From the NCBI GenBank assembly GCA_964270895.1, contig OZ185443.1: 64,000 nucleotides of DNA. The stretch is one strand, 5' to 3'. Positions 24,951 through 34,736 of the stretch are shown in pieces. The notes below the pieces were generated by a model. It was not told the DNA's origin. It did not search any database and saw nothing but the letters and a program-made list of their open reading frames with translations. Both the position numbers and the translations under genes were made by a program. Each line of letters begins with the position of its first letter. Position 1 is the first letter of the stretch. The DNA comes from Podarcis filfolensis. Its lineage: Eukaryota.

Positions 24951-25210
24951 GAAAAGAGCACAACATACTAAAGTTGGTGTTTCCAGCAACTGATATTCAA
25001 AAGCATTGGTGCTTCAAACTGTGGACGTAGAGCTTAGCCATTGATAGCCTTTTCCTTTGTAGAATCCAAATGCTAATCTCTTCAGTGGAATTCATACGAG
25101 ATGACTTTTTAAAAAACAATCAAGCAGTGTATAAATTTTATGATAATAAAATAATAAATAAAATATAAATAAAGAATTCATAGTTATTGTCTTTGCACTA
25201 GCTTGAACCC

Positions 25211-25262
25211 CCTTCCTTCCTTCCTTCCTTCCTTCCTTCCTTCCTTCCTTTCTTTCTTTCTT
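25211..25262. repeat. (CCTT)10 plus (TCTT)n microsatellite
   Basis: Direct reading. Confidence 0.98.
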
Positions 25263-26460
25263 GTTTGTTTAATATACATAATAATATAATTGTTATTGGG
25301 TGGTGGCAGAACATCTCTCTCATGAGCATATTATCTTCACAAGCACCTTTTTCAAGCTACAAACAAGAACCATCTTCAAACTAGAGCTTATCCTTGGCAT
25401 TTGAGCATTGATACATATTTTTGACTTATTCCTGCATTTGCACACATCGTTTCAACTTCATGCGATTATAAGAATTTCAAAATCAATTCAAAGACTATAC
25501 AGGGAATAACTTCTCAGCGTTCTGCTGAACTTGAAAGAATACCAACTATGGGAACATTTTTTTTTCTGGGTTGCATAAAGTCCCCAGAGACTTTCTTATT
25601 AATATTATAGAGGAATGCAGTCTTAAAAAAAAACAGCCAGGAGTAAAGTTTCAAAATAAAAAGAAACTTATCTGCTGTCGAATTCTTCTGGGTATGACGT
25701 AGGTTGTTGCAGACTTTGAAATGCCAGAGGCTTTAGGGTTCTGAAATATAAAATATTCATGGTGTATAATTTTGCATAATTTGTTTAGCTACCTAAGCAT
25801 AATTTAGTAATTTTGTACATGAATCCATTACAGAAATAAAACAACAATTCCACTCCCCAAAGCTAATTCATGCATCAGATGACATATATTATGACTGCTA
25901 CATGTATCTATAGAAGAGAACAGGCATGTACAAAGCATGGACATCTATTATCCAATGCTGTTACAATATTACTTTGTCTTCATTCTTAATTAGGATCTTA
26001 TGAGAAGTTATTGCATAAAATATGGCATGTTCTTTCTATCCTCCAATGGATTCTCTTTAGCCTCAAGTTCTGATTTCATAAATACACTAGAGCTTACTGA
26101 AAACACTTAAGGGGGAAAACATCTAGCTAGACTCTAAATTTAAGTGAAAACAAACTAAAGGACAGCAAAAACTGTGGGCTGGTTGGATATGTACTTTGGC
26201 AAAACTCCCACTCCCATTCACGGCTCCTTCTACCTTGTAATTTCTCTCTCTTGTAGTCCCTTGCATTGACCTCTGATGGTTTACAGAAAAGGAGAATCTA
26301 AGACTACATTCAGATGGCACTTTATTCCATCTTCCTGACAACTCCTTACCTGCTTATTTTCATTTTTTATATGATCCTTACATAACACTTCTGGAAATGT
26401 GGAATCTAGCCGTATCCCCCAATCATTGAGGACTTTGTGCAAATTTGGGGGATCAAAATA

Positions 26461-26852
26461 TGTCAGGAGTACGTGCAGGAGCCAGGCCCTGTGACCAGTA
26501 GGACTTTGCAAGACTGGGGCCTTCCTAAGTTTGCTCTGAAGAGGCGAGGCGCGGCCATACAGGTGAGGCCGATTGGTAACTCACAGCACCTGGTGGCAAG
26601 AGCTGGGGAGGGATATAAGGTCAGCATTTCCCTTCGCCTCTTTGCCACAGCAACACGTTCCCTGCCTTGCTGCGTTTGACTTTGTGACTCCTTGCTTCTT
26701 GATCCGCGGACCCCTGATTTTGTGATTCCTTGCTTCCTGACCCTCAGACTCTTGGCTTCCTGACTCCCGTTCCTGTTCCCACCCTGCCGTCTTGCCCCCA
26801 GTCCCGACGTCCCCAGCCGGGACTTCGATCGCCCGTGAACTGGACCGTGACA
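26461..26852 (+). mobile_element. Solo LTR (392 bp) of a second LTR family
   Basis: TGTCA...TGACA termini; perfect 5-bp TSD AAATA (26456-26460 and 26853-26857); ATTGG box and TATAA (26614-26618); CpG-rich; short internal repeats GA(C/T)TCCTTGCTTC(C/T)TGA. Confidence 0.85.
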
Positions 26853-27395
26853 AAATATATATAGATACACATGGCTAGCTCCATGCAGGAGTGTGTTGGA
26901 AATGGTTCTAAGCACAGCTGGAAAATAAAGGAAAGCATCAAGGAGGTTTGCAAACCTGAGTGGAGCAGGCTGGATCCTGATCTTCCCCAGTTCTGATAAA
27001 TTATCCCTGTACTTTGTAAACCTGAATTTACAGGGGGAAATAATTGAGACTGGAGTTGTCTGAGGGTAACATCATGTGGACTACATAATTAAATGGAAAT
27101 AGAAACAGCTGCAAACACACTGGAAGCTCTAGTGTGGAAAAGCCTTCTGCAGTTGGCTTAATATTGCTGATGACACACTTATATTTTCAGAAATGAAGAT
27201 TAGTCTTTGCTTCTTTGTCTCAGAAACCCTAGGTGTAACCTAAAACGTGCATAACAACACCTTGCACAGAGATTTAAATTCATTGTCTATTTTTAAACAA
27301 CAATATTCTGCTAAATCAACAGAAACCCTACAAGCAGCTCACATAAAACTAATAAAACTAGTCCAGTTAATTCCAAATTCACATGAGGGCAACAT

Positions 27396-27470
27396 CTTTA
27401 TTCTACCAACCAAAATGTCACAAAATTGTGTGCAAGCTTTCAGGTTCTCCAGAACTCTTCATAGGGTTAG
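27396..27470 (-). mobile_element. Penelope-like element terminal relic with hammerhead-like core, copy 1
   Basis: Minus strand CC-CTATGA-AGAGTTCT-GG-AGAACCT-GAAA-GCTTGC, followed by an AATAAA-containing tail; homologous to copies 2 and 3. Confidence 0.65.
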
Positions 27471-29211
27471 AAATCAAACAAAGCAATGATAGGTGTTAGG
27501 GAAGGGGGAAAGGTTGGCTAACAGTGCCTTGGAGCTGCATTTGGTCTCAGTCTCTTAAGATGGGGTGCAGAGAAGGAAGAGATAACAGATATTCAAACAT
27601 GACTCTTAGAAGGCTACATGCACCTCTTCACTACATATTGAGATTGCGTAATAGTCAAGGACAGTAAACCAGTGTTTTTTTGGGGGGGTGTTTCCCCTTC
27701 CTAACCCGGCTTTTCTTAATCCAGTCTGATAAAAAAAGTTATGGGGATCTCAAAAGCTTCTCCGCAATTTTGAGAAAGTACCATGCGCCTCATTCACCAC
27801 TTTACAAACAAAATGGGGAAAGAAAATCTATTTCTATCCATTAAAAATAAAATGGAATATTCCCCCATCAACCTCAATCATCATTTCAAAATAAAAGAAC
27901 TGTCTGCATACCATAGATAATTAAGTTTGAAAACATCAGCCCAGGCTTTCCCCCCACCTGCCCCACCACTTAAGCTTTGGATAATTTGCTCATTACCATC
28001 ATAATTGCTTGTATGTATGGTAGCCAACATAAAGCCATATAATTTCTGTACTGCCTGAAAGAAGGAATTTCATATATATTTTTGTGGCTATCATAAAGTA
28101 AAGACCGTTCAAGACAACCAAAGGCTTTGTGACCATCCCTCATCCTCCGCAAAAAGCTTGTGAATTTTAGTACCATATACAAAATTGATGATGCTTTAGA
28201 CTGGATCAAAAATTTGTTTTCCTGTTAGGAATCTTCTTTTTACTATGAAATAGTCAAGTATCAGAGCAGTAGTCAAGTATCACATGAATTTTTTGGGGGT
28301 CTTGATTTAATAATGAAATAGGATGAAAGGAGGCTACCTCCTATAAGCCCTTTCCTGGTTATTAATGTAACCCATGAGAGACACCAGGTGGCCAATACCA
28401 CCTCTCCTCTTTAGATATTGGTAAAGCAAAGCTGCCAAGTAAGGAATCAATAAATCTTGGAAGTCTCCTACAGAAATTGTTCACGAAGCCCTCTGGGCAC
28501 GGGGATTTGTGTGCTTTTACATTCTTAATTGCCTGCTTAATCCCTTCCAGTGCTATCCTTGCATATAAGAACTAGTGAAGTTCTTCTGTTAAAGGTTCAG
28601 TTGTAATCTCATCAAGGCTCTGTCCCACTTGGGTGTTATAGATCGATGTAACTCAGCATAGTAGACTGAAAAGGCTCAGTTTATCAACATCCTTCCTGGT
28701 TAGTTAAGTGCAATATTATTCCTCACTCTTCTGTTTTTCAAGGCAGATGCCAAAATTGTTTCATTTTGATATTTAGCACATACTTTTGCTTTATATAAAC
28801 CAGCACTTTAATGATTGAATTTACCTCTAAGCTATCTAATTATTTCCTTTTAGTCTCTGATTTTTTATATAGTGTTGATGTGCCAAATAGTTTGTATTTT
28901 TCCTCCAATAAATGCAGTTCCTATCATCTTTTGTTCTGCTGTTGGCATTTTATTTTTCTAATGCACATTCAGTTACTTTGACTTCTTTCCAAATTTCTGC
29001 TTTTATAGCATCCCAACCTGTCCTGTCTGCAGGGTGCAATCTCATAGTTTTGCCCCCAAAAAGTGTTGAACTCCGATTGGATTGAACTGCCAACGTAGGC
29101 TGTGATGCATATATAAGATACTGAACAATTACTGGTGAGTGAGCTGATATTCTGTGGGAAATAATATTTCTTGTTGTTACAGAATTGGCCAGTGATACAA
29201 AGGAAAATACT

Positions 29212-29561
29212 GGGACACGGGTGGCGCTGTGGGTTAAACCACAGAGCCTAGGACTTGCCGATCAGAAGGTCAGCGGTTCGAATCCCCGTGACGGGGTGAG
29301 CTCCCGTTGCTCGGTCCCTGCTCCTGCCAACCTAGCAGTTCAAAAGCACAAAAGTGCAAGTAGATAAATAGGTACCGCTCCGGCGGGAAGGTAAACGGCG
29401 TTTCCGTGTGTTGCTCTGGTTCGCCAGAAGTGGCTTAGTCATGCTGGCCACATGACCCGGAAGCTGTACACCGGCTCCCTTGGCAAATAAAGCGAGATGA
29501 GTGCCGCAACCCCAGAGTTGTCCACAACTGGACCTAATGGTCAGGGGTCCCTTTCCCTTTA
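29212..29561 (+). mobile_element. Sauria SINE, full length (Podarcis-type)
   Basis: GGGACACGGGTGGCGCTGTGG head, GGTTCGAATCC B-box and CCTTTA tail; flanks CAAAGGAAAATA / CAGAGGAAAATA (probable TSD, 1 mismatch). Confidence 0.95.
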
Positions 29562-29688
29562 CAGAGGAAAATATCTCACTCTCTCAATGAGAGAGATGTA
29601 TTACAATGAGAAAGAAAAGTAAAATCTCATCTCCCCAACCTCTTTGGTTCTCCACTCCAAAGCGCCTGCAAATTAAATCCACCTTATT

Positions 29689-29878
29689 TAGGGCTGCCAT
29701 ACATCCAGAATTTCCTGGACATAGTCTGTCGGAAATTACATCTGGGTAGAAAAATGTATGGGAAAACTCGGGTGCAAATTAATTTCCCAATCCTAAAGAG
29801 ATTTGCACCCCCCCCAGAAAGCTCAACAATTTTGTGTCCAGATTTTCACCTTTTACTTTTTGAAATAGGGCAACCCTA
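29689..29878. mobile_element. hAT (Tip100-like) MITE
   Basis: TIRs TAGGGCTGCCATA / TAGGGCAACCCTA; 8-bp flanks ACCTTATT / ACCTGTTT (6/8). Confidence 0.72.
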
Positions 29879-31743
29879 ACCTGTTTTCTTCCACTTTCTC
29901 CTATTCCGAGGGCTAGGTCTGATCAAATAAAGAGCATATAGACTGCTTTTTTGTAATACACAGCATTATGCATGATGTCATCTGCCATAACTGAGAAAAG
30001 GAATCCCTGTTTACATAGTATATTCACCGCTTTTAATTTACTGGCTTCAGATTCTATCTTCTGTGCAGAGCCTCACTACAGAGATCCTGTAAAAATTATT
30101 GGGAGCCATTTAAAGGAGAATTCCTAGATGCCAAGATCCAAGTTTGGGGCAAGTACTCTTTGGTGAGAGAACCTCAGCAGAGATTTGAAGTTACAAAACA
30201 TAAAGCGTGGAAATATAGGCGTTTAGACCTTCAAAATTTGTACCAAGTTAGTTCCAAAATGTCTTCTTAAAAAGTTTATTTCCAAAGTTTCGCCCTCCCC
30301 GTAGCATAGGAAAAGACCACAGGTTGCTAAGTTAAAAAATGATGTACTTACAAACTCTTCAAAGGTCAGGTTCATGTGCTTCAGACAGTTGCACAGGGAG
30401 TAAAAGTTAGCTTAATTACAAAGTGGTGAAAGTTCCTAAATTATAGGAACTCAAGAATGGCTGAGAGTCACGTGGTTGAGCTGCAGCAACCAGCTCAAAC
30501 CTTTTCACAGGCTGAGCTTCTCAAATAGACTGGAGTTACAACAACAGGCTTGATTAGGGTACCTATTTCCTCCCAAGCTAAGGGGAAGTTACCTTTCTAT
30601 TTTAGTGTGCACAATCCTTAGGCGGGGGGGGGGGGGGGACTACAACCACTGCTGTATCAAAAGGGTCTCCACATCCTTCCTGCCAGTCTGTGCCAAGACC
30701 CTGCATGTACAAAGGTTCTAGCATTACCCATGGTTTTCAATATTTTCCAACTTTAGTTGGGCCATTCTATTGTGGGCCATTACCTTTCAAAGTTTCTCTG
30801 CATGCTGTGTGTTCATTTGAAGTGCAGCCTCTTCAGTCACTTTGGACCTCATTGTGAGCTCTGCAATTTTAGGGCAGCTGCTGCCCATTCCTAGCAAGGT
30901 CTTTGTTTACTTGTTTAAATTGCAATGTCATCTCCATCAGTAATAAAACACTAGTGTCTGCCAATTCACTGCAAGTAATATCAGTGGAATGAAATCTTCT
31001 GCTTGAACATCTCATGGCTAGCCCTGAGACATTAGCTGGACACTGACTCCTTGGAGGATGAACTGGACCTTCCATCCACCAAAGACTTGGGGGAGCAGGC
31101 AGCTCCCCTGTCTCTAGCCCTGAAAATCTGGCAAGTCTGAGGGAGCCAGCCCAGGGTCTGAGTGCCAGTGAATGGAGCCCCTGAGAGTGTCTGAGGCAGA
31201 GGTCAAGCTCCTCAAGAGCACAGATACCTAAAGATTCAAGCCTGGCCAATGAGGAGGTGCATGCACAAGAGCTATAAGTTGCCATGTGATTTAGAAGTAA
31301 ATGACTCTTATAAGTAAGAGCTCTCAGAACATCCCTAAATAGTAGAAGCTGCATTTTGCCTAGATAAGTCATCACTTTGAGCTTTGCAGCATCACAGGTC
31401 TCTTACTCCTTAGCGAGGGTTTAGGACAGTGTTAGTGGTGCAGTCGCACTGGGTGTGCAACTGTGGAGGGTGCCATGTCAAAGCCCAGTCAGCGCTTTCC
31501 CCACTTCAGGAAGGAGGCGTGAGGGCTCTGGCAGGATCTTAGAGTCCTCCTTCCTCCTTTCCAAACATGGGCAAGCGTTTACAAGTCTTTGGAAGGAAGG
31601 CGAAAGGGCTCTAGGACCCTCCCACCTCCTTTCCAAAACTCAGCTTAAGCCAGTGCTATGAGGCCTGCAAGGAGGGCATCGTATTACCAAGATCCACCCT
31701 TGGCTTACCTTGCCTAGATTGGATCTCCTGTTCCCAACCCCTG

Positions 31744-32075
31744 CAGTGGTGGAGGAAGCCGCTTGAGCGCCTGGGGTGGCGTGCCCATAGGGGTGGGGCG
31801 AGTCATCCATAGGGGTGGGGTGCATCGCGGGGCCTCCAGAGTCTGCTTGCCTCCTCCCACTCAGCTGCCCTACAGCTCAGAGGGAGGCGGTGGGTGGACA
31901 GTTTGGGCAGCACAGAGCCTGCACATGCCCAAGCCACCGCGTCTCTCCCGGGAGCGATGTGTGGCTTGGGCGTGCTGCAGGCCCCGTGGCAAGTGCCGCC
32001 TGGCATTTTGTCACCCCCTTCAGTGGTGACACTCGGGGCGGCCTCCACCCACCGCACCCCCCATCCTCCGCCCTG
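31744..32075. mobile_element. GC-rich hAT MITE with perfect TSD
   Basis: TIRs CAGTGGTGGAGGA / TCCTCCGCCCTG; perfect 8-bp TSD AACCCCTG (31736-31743 and 32076-32083); internal duplication CCATAGGGGTGGGG. Confidence 0.88.
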
Positions 32076-32301
32076 AACCCCTGGACTGTTAACTTCTGTC
32101 ACTGCCTATGGATCATGTTTTCAACTCAAAACTGATTACTCATGCCTCACCAAGGTTTGATTGGTAATATTGTGGTGGAGGTTGTAGCTTCCTTAGTCTT
32201 TATAGGTAGGCACAGCCCACACATGGGGCAGGGTGAAGCAGTCACCTGAGGCAGCAGAAGGCCCTGAGGCAGCTTCCCCATGGGTGTCTCACCCGCCTCG
32301 C

Positions 32302-32651
32302 TGTTGTGACGTGGGGTTTGTGATTTCAGCTCTCTTGACATAATATGCTGGAGACAGTTCTGTAGTAACACTTCTTTATTACAGCAAACAAGACTGAGAA
32401 CTGAGGAGGGGAGAGCTACATTTATAGGGACAGGGAACTACCTAGAAAGGATACATTTTGGAGGGAACAATATCAGGCAATCACAGTCCTGCCTTTTGGA
32501 GGAAACCAATAAGACAGAGGATCCAAATACAGCAGCTTAAATGAACCAATAGTAGCTGTACCCTCTGGAACCAAAAGGCAGTTACTTTACCCTAATGCAA
32601 ATACAGACAACAATAATACAGATATAAAATCCTTTGACTCAATACACAACA
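32302..32651 (-). repeat. 3' LTR (350 bp)
   Basis: Direct repeat of 36861-37210; TG...CA ends; AATAAA at 32375-32380 (minus). Confidence 0.97.
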
Positions 32652-32665
32652 CCCCTCCCCCCCCT
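32652..32665 (-). promoter_or_regulatory. Polypurine tract
   Basis: Minus strand AGGGGGGGGAGGGG abuts the 3' LTR and overlaps the TAG stop of pol. Confidence 0.93.
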
Positions 32666-34736
32666 AGTGAGCACTGCAGACGTAATCTCTCAGGTACTGT
32701 GGGGGCCTACAACTTCTACTTGATCTCCTGACAACAGGTGTTGCCGGTTCTGGATTGGATGTTACCTGTGGTAGGGGGGGTGCTATAGGGGTTTCGTCAG
32801 GAACAGATGGAGTCCCAGACATCGCAGGGTCCCCTACCTGTACCTCGTCCTCCTGAGGACTAGCAGACCCTGGTTCATTTGCTGAAGCCCCTGGTGACTG
32901 CACCTCTGGGCCATTTTCACTCTGGTCTTGCAGCTCTGCGTCGTTAGCCAGGGATGAATTATCTGACCCCTCCCTGCTGAGCGCCCGGCGCCTCAGCTGA
33001 TCTATATGTCTCTTCCAAACTTGCCCATTTTCCAAGGTCACATAGTAGGACACTGGTCCACTAGTCCGGGTGACCACACCAGCCACCCACCGCGGACCTC
33101 GTGAATAGTTCCTCACCCAGACCAGATCTTCAGGGGCGAGATACCTTGTTGTGTCAGCCTCAGCCTGGGGGGTTTCTCTTGAATTACGGTTTGGCATTTT
33201 ATCGGGGTGGACATAATCCAGCACCGTTACCAGTCTTCTACCCAAGAGCAGCTCAGCTGGCGACTTGCCCGTCGCAGTACACGGCGTCGCATGCTGCAAA
33301 AATAACATTCGCGCGATGCGAGCTGACCAGTTACCCTCCATTAAGCGCGCAATGGATTCTTTGGCTGTTCTTACCATGCGCTCAGCCTGCCCATTGGAGG
33401 ATGGGTGAAAGGGCGCGGATGTGACCCCTCTTATGAAGTTATCAGCCAAGAATGCCCTGAATTCTTGGGATACAAAAGCTGCCCCATTATCTGATACAAT
33501 GGTCTCAGGTAACCCGTGGGTTGCAAACAGCTGCCTCAACACCTTGATTACGGCAGCTGATGCCATGCTAGGGACCATCGCCACTTCTAACCATTTGGAA
33601 TATGCATCGACAATAACCAAAAAGACCTTCCCCTGGAATGGCCCAGCAAAATCTAAGTGCAGCCGGCTCCAGGGAGATCTGGACTGCTCCCACCAGTGAA
33701 CTGGTGCTCTGGCCACTTCTGGCCGCACCTCTTGGCATGCCTTGCATGTTCGTACCCATTGTTCTATGTTCTGGTCCATTCCAGGCCACCACACATAACA
33801 TCGGGCTAGCGACTTCATCCTGACCATTCCCGGGTGTCCCATGTGAAGCGTCTCAAGAACCCTGTTTCTCAGTGGTGCTGGGATGATCACCCTATCTCCC
33901 CACAGGAGACAACCCTTATGCATGGACAACTCGTGCTGCCTTGTCGCATAAGGCCTGAATTTGTCTTCATGCGGACCACCTGGCCACCCCCTCCCCACCC
34001 AAGTGAGCACACGGGAGAGAACAGCATCTTTCCTCGTTTTCTCAGCTATAGCAGTAGCCGTTACAGGAGCCCCCGGAAGTGTTTCCAGCATCATTATGTG
34101 CTCCGCTGGAGCAGGATCCACATTGCTCCCGCCAGGAAGAGGCAATCGACTCAGCGCATCAACGTGGCACAACCGTTTCCCTGGCACATGGGTCAAGGTG
34201 TACTGGAACCCGTTCAGGAATATAGACCAACGCAACATTCTGGGGGAGAGAATTTGTGGCGTTTGTTTGTTCGGGTTGAACAACCCTAACAGTGGTTTGT
34301 GGTCCGTTTCAATGGAGAAATGGCGACCATACACATAATCATGGAACTTTTTGATTCCTGCCACAATTGCAAGCGCCTCTTTGTCAATTTGAGCATAGTT
34401 GCGCTCCGTGGGCGACAACGTACGGGAATAGAAAGAGATGGGCTTTTCCGACCCATCCGGTTCCCTATGACTCAGCACCGCCCCCAGGCCGTATTGAGAG
34501 GCATCACATGCCAGGACCAGCGGCTTCGACTCATCGTAATGAGCAAGGACGCTCCTGCTACTCAGCATTCCTCGCAAGGAGTCAAAAGCCTTCTGCTGCC
34601 CCTGCCCCCATCGCCACACATTCTTTTTCTGCAACAGTCGATGTAATGGTTCAGCTACCGAAGCTTTGTGGGGTAAGAACGAATGATAAAAGTTAATAAG
34701 TCCCAGGAATGACTGCAACTGCGTCTTGTTCTGTGG
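32664..34736 (-). CDS. RT thumb/connection, RNase H and integrase (downstream of the premature stop)
   Basis: RNase H LACDASQYGLGAVL, EKEALAI-like DKEALAI and TDHKPL. Integrase HHCC (HMGHPG...CKAC), DDE (LDFAGP, SDNG, NGQAER), GPY/F-like region, and RRSSR...LRDYV C-terminus. Confidence 0.92.
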   Translation of the reverse strand, partial: PQNKTQLQSFLGLINFYHSFLPHKASVAEPLHRLLQKKNVWRWGQGQQKAFDSLRGMLSSRSVLAHYDESKPLVLACDASQYGLGAVLSHREPDGSEKPISFYSRTLSPTERNYAQIDKEALAIVAGIKKFHDYVYGRHFSIETDHKPLLGLFNPNKQTPQILSPRMLRWSIFLNGFQYTLTHVPGKRLCHVDALSRLPLPGGSNVDPAPAEHIMMLETLPGAPVTATAIAEKTRKDAVLSRVLTWVGRGWPGGPHEDKFRPYATRQHELSMHKGCLLWGDRVIIPAPLRNRVLETLHMGHPGMVRMKSLARCYVWWPGMDQNIEQWVRTCKACQEVRPEVARAPVHWWEQSRSPWSRLHLDFAGPFQGKVFLVIVDAYSKWLEVAMVPSMASAAVIKVLRQLFATHGLPETIVSDNGAAFVSQEFRAFLADNFIRGVTSAPFHPSSNGQAERMVRTAKESIARLMEGNWSARIARMLFLQHATPCTATGKSPAELLLGRRLVTVLDYVHPDKMPNRNSRETPQAEADTTRYLAPEDLVWVRNYSRGPRWVAGVVTRTSGPVSYYVTLENGQVWKRHIDQLRRRALSREGSDNSSLANDAELQDQSENGPEVQSPGASANEPGSASPQEDEVQVGDPAMSGTPSVPDETPIAPPLPQVTSNPEPATPVVRRSSRSCRPPQYLRDYVCSAH

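Noticed and set aside
29212-29290. tRNA genes suggested by A/B boxes (also 15268, 45350, 57790)
   Set aside because: These are SINE heads with no complete cloverleaf and are followed by SINE bodies.
30869-31375. 168-aa minus-strand ORF
   Set aside because: No recognisable protein; only a vague CR1-like RLESLG motif; not supportable as a gene.
31455-32135. Stack of overlapping ORFs on both strands
   Set aside because: By-product of GC-rich hAT MITE sequence, which has few stop codons.
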